Of a stretch of DNA of 64,000 nt, positions 48,698 to 61,660 are shown in pieces. The position numbers and the translations under genes were made by a program. Position 1 is the first letter of the stretch, and the number at the start of each line of letters is the position of its first letter. Source of the stretch: Convolutriloba macropyga (Eukaryota); contig NC_134472.1 of assembly GCF_964194025.1 (NCBI RefSeq), positions 71,486,001-71,550,000 on the forward strand. Reading direction: 5' to 3'. The notes beneath the pieces are model-generated. The model was not told the origin of the DNA and searched no databases. It was given only the letters and a program-made list of their open reading frames with translations.

Positions 48698-51600
48698 TAC
48701 TGGGATTGCAATCAAGTTTCCATCCACTGGGAATGCAATCAAGTTTCCATTCACTGGGAATGCAACCAAATTTCAATTCACTGGGAATGCAATCAAATTT
48801 CCATTCACTGGGAATGCAATCAAGTTTCCATTCACTGGGAATGCAATCAAGTTTACAATCACTGGTAATGCAATCAAGTTTCCATTCACTGGAATGCAAT
48901 CAAGTTTCCATTCACTGGGAATGCAATCAAGTTTCCATTCACTGGGAATGCAATCAAGTTTTCTTTCACTGGGAATGCAATCAAGTTTCCATACACTGGG
49001 AATGCAATCAAGTTTCAATTCATTGGGATTGCAATCAAGTTTCCATTCACTGGGAATGCAATCAAGTTTCCATTCACTGGGAATGCAATCAAGTTTCCAT
49101 TCACTAGGAATGCAATCAAGTTTCCATTTACTGGGAGTGCAATCAAGTTTCCATTCACTGGGAATGCAATCAAGTTTCCATTCACTGGGAATGCAATCAA
49201 GTTTCCATTCACTGGAATGCAATCAAGTTTCCATTCACTGGGAATGCAATCAAGTTTCCATTCACTGGGAATGCAATCAAGTCTCCATTCACTGGGAATG
49301 CAATCAAGTCTCCATTCACTGGGAATGCAATCAAGTTTCCATTAACTGGGAATGCAATCAAAATTCCATTAATTGGGAATGCAATCAAATTTCAATTCAT
49401 TGGGATTACAATCAAGTTTGCATTCACTGGGAACGGAATCAAGTTTCCATTCACTGGAATGCAATCAAGTTTCCATTCACTGGGAATGCAATCAAGTTTC
49501 CATTCACTGGGAATGCAATCAAGTTTCCATTCACTGGGAATGCAATCAAGTCTCCATTCACTGCGAATGCAATCAAGTTTCCATTAACTGGGAATGCAAT
49601 CAAGTTTCCATTCACTGGGAATGCAATCAAGTTTCAATTCATTGGGATTGCAATCAAGTTTCCATTCATTGGTAATGTAATCAAGTTTCCATTCACTGGG
49701 AATGCAATCAATTTTCCATTCACTGGGAATGCAATTAAGTTTCCATTCACTCGGAATGCAACCAAGTTTCCATTCACTGGGAATGCAATCAAAGTTTCCA
49801 TTCACTGGGAATGCAATCAAGTTTCCATTCACTGGGAATGCAATCAAGTTTCCATTCACTGGGAATGCAATCAAATTTCCATTCACTGGGAATGCAATCA
49901 AGTTTCCATTCACTGGGAATGCAATCAAGTTTACAATCACTGGTAATGCAATCAAGTTTCCATTCACTGGAATGCGATCAAGTTTCCATTCACTGGGAAT
50001 GCAATCAAGTTTCCATTCACTGGGAATGCAATCAAGTCTCCATTCACTGGGAATTTAATCAAGTTTCCATTCACTGGGAATGCAACCAAGTTTCCATTCA
50101 CTGGGAATGCAATCAAGTTTCCTTTCACTGGGAATGCAATCAAGTTTCCATTCACTGGGAATGCACTCAAGTCTCCATTCACTGGGAATTTAATCAAGTT
50201 TCCATTCACTGGGAATGCAACCAAGTTTCCATTCACTGGGAATGCAATCACGTTTCCATTCACTAGGAATGCAATCAAGTTTCCATTCACTGGGAATGCA
50301 ATCAAGTTTCCATTCACTGGGAATGCAATCAAGTTTCCATTCACTGGGTATGCAATCAAGTTTCCATTCACTGGGAATGCAATCAAGTCTCCATTCGCTA
50401 GGAATGCAATCAAGTTTCAATTCACTGGGAATGCAATCAAGTTTCCATTCACTGGGAATGCAATCAAGTTTCCATTCACTGGGAATGCAATCAAGTTTCC
50501 ATTCACTGGGAATGCAATCAAGTCTCCATTCACTGGGCATGCAATCAAGTTTCCATTAACTGGGAGTGCAATCAAATTTCCATTCACTGGGAATGCAATC
50601 AAGTTTCCATTCACTGGGAATGCAATCAAGTTTCCATTCACTGGGAATGCAATCAAGTTTCCATTCACTGGGAATGCAATCAAGTTTCCATTCACAGGTA
50701 TGCAATCAAGTTTCCATTCACTGGGAGTGCAATCAAGTTTCCATTCACTGGGAATGCAATCAAGTTTCCATTCACTGGGAATGCAATCAAGTTTCCGTTC
50801 ACTGGGAATGCAATCAAGTTTCCATTAACTGGGAATGCAATCAAATTTCCATTCACTGGGATTGCAATCAAGTTTCCATTCACTGGGAATGCAATCAAGT
50901 TTCCATTCACTGGGAATGCAATCAAGTTTCCATTCACTGCAAATGCAATCAAGTTTCCATTCACTGGGAATGCAATCAAGTTTTCATTAACTGGGAATGC
51001 AATCAAGTTTCCAATCACTGGGAATGCAATCAAGTTTCCATTCACTGGATTGCAATAAAGATTCCATTCACTGGGATTGCAATCAAGTTTCCATTCACTG
51101 GGAATGCAATCAAGTTTCCATTCATTGGGAATGCAGTCAAGTCTCTATTCACTGGGAATGCAATCAAGTTTCCATTAACTGGGAATGCAATCAAGTTTCC
51201 ATTCACTGGGAATGCAATCAAGATTCAATTCATTGGGAATGCAATCAAGTTTCCATTCACTGGGAATGCAATCAAGTTTCCATTCACTGGAATGCAATCA
51301 AGTTTCCATTCACTGGGATTGCAATCAAGTTCCCATTCACTGGGAATGCAACCAAGTTTCCATTCACTGGGAACGCAATCAAGTTTCCATTCATTGGGAA
51401 TGCAATCAAGTTTCCATTCAGTGGGAATGCACTCAACTTTTCATTCACTGGGAATGCCATCAAGTCTCCATTCACTGGGAATGCAATAAAGTTTCCATTC
51501 ACTGGGAATGCAATCAAGTTTCCATTCACTGGGAATGCAATCAAGTTTCCATTCACTGGGAATGCAATCAAGTTTCCATTCACTGCAAATGCAATCAAGT

Positions 51601-53985
51601 TTCCATTCACTGGGAGTGCAATCAAGTTTTCATTCACTGGGAATGCAATCAAGTTTCCATTCACTGGGAATGCAATCAAGTTTCCATTCACTGGGAATGC
51701 AATCAAGTTTCCATTCACTGGGAATGCAATCAAGTTTCCATTCACAGGTATGCAATCAAGTTTCCATTCACTGGGAGTGCAATCAAGTTTCCATTCACTG
51801 GGAATGCAATCAAGTTTCCATTCACTGGGAATGCAATCAAGTTTCCGTTCACTGGGAATGCAATCAAGTTTCCATTAACTGGGAATGCAATCAAATTTCC
51901 ATTCACTGGGATTGCAATCAAGTTTCCATTCACTGGGAATGCAATCAAGTTTCCATTCACTGGGAATGCAATCAAGTTTCCATTCACTGCAAATGCAATC
52001 AAGTTTCCATTCACTGGGAATGCAATCAAGTTTTCATTAACTGGGAATGCAATCAAGTTTCCAATCACTGGGAATGCAATCAAGTTTCCATTCACTGGAT
52101 TGCAATAAAGATTCCATTCACTGGGATTGCAATCAAGTTTCCATTCACTGGGAATGCAATCAAGTTTCCATTCATTGGGAATGCAGTCAAGTCTCTATTC
52201 ACTGGGAATGCAATCAAGTTTCCATTAACTGGGAATGCAATCAAGTTTCCATTCACTGGGAATGCAATCAAGTTTCAATTCATTGGGAATGCAATCAAGT
52301 TTCCATTCACTGGGAATGCAATCAAGTTTCCATTCACTGGAATGCAATCAAGTTTCCATTCACTGGGATTGCAATCAAGTTCCCATTCACTGGGAATGCA
52401 ACCAAGTTTCCATTCACTGGGAACGCAATCAAGTTTCCATTCATTGGGAATGCAATCAAGTTTCCATTCAGTGGGAATGCACTCAACTTTTCATTCACTG
52501 GGAATGCCATCAAGTCTCCATTCACTGGGAATGCAATAAAGTTTCCATTCACTGGGAATGCAATCAAGTTTCCATTCACTGGGAATGCAATCAAGTTTCC
52601 ATTCACTGAGAATGCAATCAAGTTTCCATTCACTGCAAATGCAATCAAGTTTCCATTCACTGGGAGTGCAATCAAGTTTTCATTCACTGGGAATGCAATC
52701 AAGTTTCCATTAACTGGGAATGCAATCAAGTTTCCAATCACTGGGAATGCAATCAAGTTTCCATTCATTGGGAATGCAATCAAGTTTCCATTAACTGGGA
52801 ATGCAATCAAGTTTCCATTCACTGGGAATGCAATCAAGCTTCAATTCATTGGGAATGCAATCAAGTTTCCATTCACTGGGAATGCAATCAAGTTTCCATT
52901 CACTCGGAATGCAATCAAGTTTCCATTCACTGGGAATGCAATCAAGTTCCCATTCACTGGGAATGCAACCAAGTTTCCATTCACTGGGAACGCAATCAAG
53001 TTTCCATTCATTGGGAATGCAATCAAGTTTCCATTCAATGGGAATGCACTCAACTTTCCATTCACTGGGAAGGCCATCAAGTCTCCATTCACTGGGAATG
53101 CAATCAAGTTTCCATTCACTGGGAATGCAATCAAGTTTCCATTCACTGGGAATGCAATCAAGTTTCCATTCACTGGGAATGCAATCAAGTTTCCATTCAC
53201 TGGGAATGCACTCAAGTTTCCATTCACTGGGAATGCAATCAAGTTTCCATTCACTGGGAATGCAATCAAGTCTCCATTCACTGGGAGAGCAATCAAGTTT
53301 CCATTAACTGGGAATGCAATCAAGTTTCCATTCATTGGTAATGCAATCAAGTCTCTATTCACTGGGAATGCAATCAAGATTCCATTAACTGGGAATGCAA
53401 TCAAGTTTCCATTCACTGGGAATGCAATCAAGTTTCAATTCATTGGGAATGCAATCAAGTTTCCATTCACTGGGAATGCAATCAAGTTTCCTTTCACTGG
53501 GAACGCAATCAAGTTTCCATTCATTGGGAATGCAATCAAGTTTCCATTCACTGGGAATGCAATCAACTTTCCATTCACTGGGAATGCCATCAAGTCTCCA
53601 TTCACTGGGAATGCAATCAAGTTTCCATTCACTGGGAATGCAACCAAGTTTCCATTCACTGGGAATGCAATCAAGTTTCCTTTCACTGGGAATGCAATCA
53701 AGTTTCCATTCACTGGGAATGCACTCAAGTTTCCATTCACTGGGAATGCAATCAAGTTTCCATTCACTGGGAATGCAATCAAGTTTCCATTCACTGGGAA
53801 TGCAATCAAGTTTCCATTCACTGGGAATGCAATCAAGTTTCCATTCACTGGGAATGCAATCAAGTTTCCATTCACTGGGAATGCAATCAAATTTCCATTC
53901 ACTGGGATTGCAACCAAGTTTCCATTCACTGGGAAAGCAATCAAGTTTCCATTCACTTGGAATGCAATCACGTTTCCATTTGCTG
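48698..53985. repeat. 27-bp satellite array (ACTGGGAATGCAATCAAGTTTCCATTC)n, ~5.3 kb, ~195 copies, intronic
   Basis: Directly visible. The source of all the FTGNAIKFP / SLGMQSSFH / HWECNQVSI pseudo-ORFs. Confidence 0.98.
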
Positions 53986-54166
53986 TAGGAATAGGTAATT
54001 TTCGGCTGCCCTAATCAAGGTACTGCCTGAAAAATATGTGTCGAAATTTTGATTTTGAAAACAAAATACTTATAAAACTTATCCGCTAAAGTTTTAGTTC
54101 ACTGGGTTACAAAATAATGCTACTACCTCCAATTTCTTGTAATGTTGAACAGTAAGGCTTTTTCAG

Positions 54167-54417
54167 ATGACGAAATAGCACTTCGCAATTTGATGGCAAA
54201 AACAATTGGAAACGGAGTCATATCTTGCTTCGTGCCAACACAGAAACCTCGACCCAGAAATAGAGGGAACTATTTTGGACAACAAGAGGAATTGTTGATC
54301 AGCATGAGAACAAACAGAACCCTGACTCCGACGTACCACGCGAGGAAAACTCATTTCATTCTGGGAGGAAGCGAGTCTAGCAAACCAACTACAGCTCTAA
54401 CTAGTTCAACAAACTGA
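54167..54417 (+). CDS. Uncharacterised protein, exon 3 of 3
   Basis: Acceptor tttttcag|AT; phase 1 matches exon 2. Translates DDEIALRNLMAKTIGNGVISCFVPTQKPRPRNRGNYFGQQEELL...SSTN*. Confidence 0.62.
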
Positions 54418-54427
54418 GAAAAAATTT

Positions 54428-54587
54428 GGATCTATTCTGTCCCCCCCCCCCAGTGTTTTTTATGACCCCCAGTTACAAATTATATGCTGTTATATAGCAC
54501 GTTACTATGTAAGAAAATAGCACGTGCGCCTGGGGATCATAAAAGATTTATGCTCACTAAGCTGGGGGGCCGAAACAGAACAGATCC
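54428..54587. mobile_element. GG-ended MITE (Merlin-like), 10 nt after the stop codon of the plus-strand gene
   Basis: TIR ggatctattctgt / acagaacagatcc; perfect 8-bp duplication aaaaattt. Confidence 0.85.
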
Positions 54588-55379
54588 AAAAATTTTTATA
54601 TCAAAACAAAACATATTGCTGGACCAGCGGAGGCTCGGAATATTATAAATAATTTTTTTAACGTAAAAATTTACAAGATTGAAACACCCACAATCAGTTT
54701 TTAAATAGCCAAATTTCGGTGCCAGATTTCCTATATACAGTGTCAGATTTTACGCACGTGTTTCAAGAAACGTTATGTAACTCTGTTGAAGTTACTTCAA
54801 AGTTTCCATCTATATCTCAAAACCCTTCACGGTTCTCGATAACGGCAGGTTTTCTCAGTGATTTAATGCGAATCATGTAACCTATGCAAGCAGAAAAAAA
54901 TCAGAAGTCAGCTGAAAGTTGGTTGCATGAAATTTTCATAAATACATACACCTTTGATTTTTTTCGTGCACCCAAACATGTATGGAACTAAAAAAATAAT
55001 TACAATTTTCGGAAACCTATAAAAACATAATGGCTACAATTGTTCATCAAACGACATATCTTTGGAACAAATGCGTCCTAAACAGCAAAATCTAAATTTT
55101 TTGGCATTCAAAGGGGTATGGAATAACTTCAACAGTCCCAATAAAATCTGGTACATTCAGGTGACCTTAATCTTAATTTTTTAACAGAACTGTTGCATGT
55201 TTCTTTTGAAGAAAACATTAGTTTTGTTTGTGGTTATAATATAAAGTTTTGTTTGTAGATGGGGGAGGTTGCCATTTTTCAAAAAACACTCAACTCATAT
55301 TAAGAAAACAAGATTTTTTTTGTCAAATTTAATTAACATTAAATTCATTAACAATACGTATTTATTATCCATCATAGTA

Positions 55380-57720
55380 AACATTCGGTATAGAAGTGGA
55401 GATATTAAAGTAAACCTTGGCCCAGCTCAAACAGAAAAAATTAAAACAATAGACCAGTACTACAAAGAAATGAACAGAACAGAGGATAGGATGATCTCAA
55501 GTTCTGGTACATGAATTGTAGAAGCCTGAATAACAAATAGGCAAGTTAACAAATTTTTTTGACAACTCTTGACCAGTTGTCATTCCTAGCTGTTACCGAA
55601 ACATGGATAAAAGAGAACTTTACTATTCCCGATTTTTTTCTAAGCAGTACTTCTCAATTTAATCACCAGCGGAGATCATCATTAACTGAATTGGAAAGAG
55701 TGGGAGGTATAGGCATATTAATACCCAATCAGTTTTCAATCAAAATGAAAAATTACTTGAACACGATCAACCGAGTTTTTTGAATCATTATGGATAGAAG
55801 TAACAAAGCCTCTGAAAGAAAAACTGCTGATAAAAGTGGTTTATTGTTCAAACGTAAACCTTTCAAAATTTTTTCTTGATGAAATGACATCAGAAATCTC
55901 AAATGTTTATTCTTACACTGTCAACCTAATCCTGTTTGGAGATTACAACAAAAATATACTTAAATAGTCTTAAATAGTTGCGCATCTTCAATATAATTAA
56001 ATAGTCACGCACCTTTGAAAAACATAGAAGTCAGAACAGAGAATGAGCAAAAAATGGCTGTCAAAAGAACTGCATAGTCTCGTTAATGAAAAGCATCGTA
56101 ACTTCTGTGAAAGGAAAAGATTCTAATCAACAGCTCTTTGACAGTTACAAAGTACTAAGAAAAAATGAAAATAGAATATTAAGTAACGCATTTGACGATT
56201 ATAGAAAACAATTTTTCGAGAATCTCCCAAATTCAAAAGAACAAGGGAAATTCATCAAAAGCAAAATAAACTCAAATAAAAAGACAAAAAATTGCAAAGC
56301 TGAAAGAAGGCCATATGTTAGTATCAGAAGTAAAAGCATTGCTAACTGTTTGAGTGATTGCTTTGCTTGTCTTTGTCACTTGGAACCCAATTACAGTTTA
56401 CTATTAATAATTGTATAAAAATTAACACATTCCCAGATATTTTGACGGAAGCCTATTGCACTCGTATCAGGAAAAGCGATAGACATTTCTCTGAAAATTA
56501 ACAACCCATTTCGAATACTCCAACATTAGCAAAAATTGTTTGAAAGACTTCGCCTGCATTAAATGTCGGAAATTTTAGATATGATTTAAACAGTTAACAA
56601 AACTCAATATGTTTTTCAAAAACAAAAGTCGTGTCTTGATACAAATATTGCCCTGACAGATAAAACAAATCAGTACGTCGAAGAAAAAGAAATGCTCTTG
56701 ACAAACTTTTTGGGATTTAGCGAAAACCTTTAACCAAATTACCTTGGATATTTTCATTCAAAAAATTGAAAAAATTGATTTTGGAGAAAACGCGAGATTC
56801 TTTTTGAATTCGTTTCTAATGTACAGGAAACAGTGGGTTAGAAACCGAATGTTTGAATTCAACTGGTCGATTATAAAACACGCTGTTCCACAAGGTCCTG
56901 TACTGGGTCACTAATATTCAAAATTTATGAAAATTACTTGGGCGAGGAAATAGGGAAACGTTCGAATTTTTTACACTTTGCTGTTGACACAGCAATTTTA
57001 TGTCATGAAAAACATTAACAGCTTTTAGAAGCAAGGGCTGACAGAATATTGATGGAAACCGAACAATATATGAAACAAAACAAGTTAACTCTAAATCAAG
57101 GGAATACAGAAATAATTTTTTTCAAAAATGAAAAGTTACGAACTGTCAACAGAGTTGAATTCAAAAGTCATTCGTTGAAACCAGTAGATGAATGCAGATA
57201 ATTAGGTGTTATTTTTGATAAAGACTTGTCATACCAAAACGGATTAATAATGTGATCAGTAAAATGGCTTTATACATCATATCAATTTATCTGTTACGCA
57301 ATCCAATACCTTTAAAAGCTCGAATAATGATTAGATCACTTATTTTGTCGCATTCAGAAGTTAGTGCAACCTTTTTTCAAAGTTTGACATCCTACTCAGT
57401 TGACAAAACAAACAAACAAATTAGTTGGGGCAAAAAAAATTTGTTTTTTCATACATGTTTGTATCTTGAAAATAAAATACTTCCCGCAGAACTTCAAATA
57501 GCAAAAACTTCATTTATCAGACTTTTCGATATTGTCCAACAATTAATTGCACAAGACCAAAAGAAATTCAGATAATCGGAGAACTTGGAAATAATATTAA
57601 TAATCGTACATCTGATTTTTCTCTCAAAACGAAATGTAAATCAAAATGTAAATCGAATTTCAATTATAAGAAACTTAGCTCGTATATGGAATAATTTCCA
57701 AGAGTTCTAAACGGAATTAA
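55380..57720 (+). mobile_element. Decayed CR1/L2-group non-LTR retrotransposon ORF2 (APE endonuclease + RT)
   Basis: Motifs in order: SGDIKVNLGP, NCRSLNNK, LAVTETWI, GGIGILI, LILFGDYN, DLAKTFN, VPQGPVLG, HFAVDT (decayed FADD) and LGVIFDKDL, disrupted by stops and frameshifts. Confidence 0.88.
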
Positions 57721-58779
57721 TTTAAAAATTAAAAGAAGAGATGCAAAAAGAATTCCAATGGACATAAATTTGATGGCTTTAAAATTTTAGATTTTAAATT
57801 AGTTCACGAAAACTAAAAACTGAACTTCAGTTTTTTATTGTTATTTTTAGTTATTCAAAAGACAGATGCAGTATGTTTGATTTTTAATAATACACCATCT
57901 AATTTCATCCTTGTGGTTATTCGAATTTTACATGTTTGAGATTTGAAAAAAAAAGAATTCTAAAAGCCAATATTTTAGAGGCAAACTGTTAAAACTCAGT
58001 CACATGACACTAAGAGGTTAAATAAAACGAAATAATGTTTGATAATAAAGGCTCCCTGAACGGATCTTTGATGCTCTTTATGGACTATATATAAACATGG
58101 TATTGTCATAAGACTCGCCATAATAATATGAAGATCTGTACAATTTTTCGGGACTTCACATTGTGTTTCGAGAAATGAAGTCAGCATAAAGAATTGTTGG
58201 ACTAGGGGATCGAAAGTCAACCAGTGTTACGCTCAGATTTTAGTTGTTTTAATTTAATTAGACTACTTGCTTAATGCGGTGTAAATAAGTGGGAAAACGT
58301 GGTGATGACAAAAAAGAACATTCTAATATCTTCATAAAAATTTGTTGCAATAATACCTAGAGATGACATGTCTTCTAGTTCTTCAATTGCTTGAAAACCC
58401 ACTTCGAATTTTCCTAGACTTACCGTGCTAATTTTGGCACTAGCATAGTTAATAAATTCGCTAATTAAGAACTGATTTACTAAGTTTTCAAAACGTTCGT
58501 TCCACATTTTGAGCTCATGGTACGAAGAAATCGCACTGTTATTTCCATCAAGAATATTTACTTTTAAAAGTTCATGATTAGGAATTTTTTTTACCTGAGT
58601 ACGAATTATTTGTTTGAGAACAAATCAAGGCAATGAAAAAAAAGTAACTGTATCAGCCAGCAGCTTACTGTTAAATAACAACTGGCATCTGGAAGGCGTA
58701 ATGTCTTCTTTGCTTCAATACCCCAAATAAATTCGACAAAAACCTTCTGTGATAATTAAGTCACAGTAACTAGCAATCT

Positions 58780-58941
58780 GGCTTTTTTCGTTTATGCCCC
58801 CAGTTTAGTGTGGGTATATTATTTCAAACCGCAGACTCTCGCGCCATACTTTTACATTATTACATTCTATGTAATGACACGTGCTCTGGAACTGGGAGTT
58901 GCATAACTTACATGGTGGCGGGGTGCAGAAACGAAATCTCC
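58780..58941. mobile_element. Degenerate copy of the GG-ended MITE subfamily
   Basis: Shares ctatgtaatgacacgtgctctg with the 39253 copy; flanks tagcaatct / tagcaaat. Confidence 0.6.
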
Positions 58942-61526
58942 TAGCAAATAGATACATAATCTCTTGGGCTTCTGCTCATTTTACTTTAATAGTGTAACTA
59001 AACAGTTTTGATTTTGTAGCAGCAGCATTCAATAGGCCAGATTGGAGTGTCACCATAAATCAAAAATGAATGATTAATTTTCAATTCTTCATTATACTAC
59101 TCACAGAACTCTGGTCATGCCAAATTTTACACTGATCGTTATGAGATTTTAGTTCCTGGACCTGGTCCTAGCATGAATAGGATGACGTACATCCTTCTGT
59201 TGGTCTGAATAGGAAGACTTATATCCTTAATGACCTCTACCTCCCCGTTTGTCCCCCAACACAGACCAACACCTAAAAAATGGTTGGCGATGCGAACAGG
59301 TGAGCCTTTTCGCATACAGTTAGTTTACATCTGTTCGTTTGGTTCCCATACATTTTCCTAAATGTCGTACAGTTATGTGTTGGTCAGATGGCGATGACAC
59401 GTCTCGGTTAGGTCGTCGACACCTCCCCTCTAGTATGAGTTGTCATGAGGTAGTTTCAAGCAAACAGTCTTTGAACAGAACTATCAAGCACTGTTCTCAA
59501 AGCTGTCACAGCGGCTCCATTAGCACGCCATTCATCTCCAACATCCTAGAGGTTTTAAGGGATGTTTAGATCTTCATTTAAACACTGGTTAAATACCTCT
59601 GAAACATATATAAAGACCCACGGCAAAAACTAAGGGAAACGCATACAGCTTTTTTAGTCTGGCTAATAGGCTATTTTGAACGTCAATATGAAAATTAATG
59701 CTGATAAGGCATAAAATTAACAGCAGAGAAAATTAAATTTAATTTAAACAATTGCTTGGGTATGGTTACATGCATACGATCAACAAAGTCTACGAACAAT
59801 TGTTTTTACCATTTTTTTGAGAAACTCCTCGACGACACTCAATATCATCGTAGCAAAATGGCGATATCCTTCGCCCCATCAATTCAATGAAAAATTTTAT
59901 AAGATTTGTGATTTGTAGTGCTTACCAAAAAAATTTTCATTGTTCGAGACCAATGACGCTCTAGTTTTTACCATTTAACCTTAGTTGTCTAAACGCTGAT
60001 AAATGTAAAATTGTAACGAATGCTTTGACTCTGAACGTCATTGTCCACAAGAATAGCAAAGACATGTTTGAAAATTGAAGCCTATTACAACCGCCACCAA
60101 CTACTCCGTTATACTCAGCTCTGAAAAAAGATTACAGCTCTCCTTTTGCATTGCTGCAAAAAAGACAAAAAAGCCCAAAAACAAACCGAATTCTTGCAAC
60201 CACTGATCCTATTCCAAGTGGTTTGTGGCATTTCGTAGGTTGCTGTCTCCAATTAACAGAAAGGGAATCTCATCTTAATTCATGAAATTTTTAAAAAAAA
60301 AATGAAAAGAAATTGAATTGAAAAATTGTATGAACTGACGCTTTTGCACTTTTCTATCTAAGAACTATAGTAAAAAACAATTTTCGCTGTTTCAAAATTT
60401 GTTCCACATTTAACTGGGTATCATCGCAAAATATTTCGAAAAAAGTAGCTTAAATTAAATCTAGTACAGACTGATAATTTCTCAATAACTATTTAAAAAT
60501 TAGTTAATAGCTATTTAGTACATGATTTATCATACTCGAAGTCCAGTATCTGATGAACTTCGTTAACACCAGAGAGATCTGAAAATAAAATTACCAATTT
60601 GTTTATCTTGTTTATCTGAAGCTCAAGACAACAGCAATGCTAAATACAATCAACGGGTTAAGTGTTTCAAAACAGAGTTTATTTCACTCTATTGAACATC
60701 CATCTTACTCTCTGAATGTGTTGGAGGTCAATGGCAAACTTTTGGAGCAATCTCTACACAATTGGTATCGGTATTTACGACGGATAGAACATATCGGTAT
60801 TGTGATAACAATTTTCAGCAGTGAAACCTTTGACTTTTGTGCAATAAAAACGTAGATGCGCCAGCTTGGAGCCAATTAACTTCTCATTAGCAGATCGAAA
60901 AAAAGGGGTGTTCCCTATTATAACTATTATAACCCCTCCACCACACACAAACCCAACAATGTGGCCAGATAACCTGTAGCCCCCAATCATGGAAAACCTG
61001 GAAACCTGTAGTCCCCAGAAGGAAACCCGGGGTGTGGGGTCCATAAATGGAAAACATCCCGTCAACAATTAAAAATTANNNNNNNNNNNNNNNNNNNNNN
61101 NNNNNNNNNNNNNNNNNNNNNNNNNNNNNNNNNNNNNNNNNNNNNNNNNNNNNNNNNNNNNNNNNNNNNNNNNNNNNNNNNNNNNNNNNNNNNNNNNNNN
61201 NNNNNNNNNNNNNNNNNNNNNNNNNNCCTGAGTAGCCATCTCCATTGTCAGCACTGTCAAATTGCTACTCAGGATACCCCCTCCAGTATATGTTAGGCAC
61301 CCTCCAGTTGAAGAGCACGTGCTAGTACATAGTAGACCTTATTCAAAAATATGATACGACCGTTTGTGCCCGAGCGGCTAATTCATTCAATGCATCTTCA
61401 TGTGAGGTTTTCGAAAGTTTCAATTAATAGGTTTTTAAATGAAACTGTCCTGTGCATTCTGTGGAACTTATAATTTTCACGTTTCATTTTATCCAGTTCA
61501 ACATACAGTGGTGCGATCAAATATAT

Positions 61527-61660
61527 CCCTTTCAGACTAACAGATGTTAGACATTAATCCTGTTCAGACTAACAGAGCCAGACAGTCATCCTTTTCTACT
61601 AACAGAGTTCAGATATCCATTCTTTTCAGACTAACAGAGGTCAGATATTCTTCAGACTCA
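61527..61660. repeat. Degenerate ~32-bp tandem repeat x4
   Basis: Recurring ccttttcagactaacagag..cagata units. Confidence 0.7.

Noticed and set aside
48681-54014. Long ORFs (up to 655 aa) of FTGNAIKFP / SLGMQSSFH / HWECNQVSI repeats
   Set aside because: A 27-bp unit without stops opens most frames by chance. Frequent 1-bp deletions switch frames, and the array lies in an intron.
59920-61070. Possible minus-strand exons (acceptor/donor-like sites at 60578/60536, 60120 and 59926) and a 97-aa ORF
   Set aside because: I could not assemble a stop-free, recognisable protein, and the region abuts an assembly gap.
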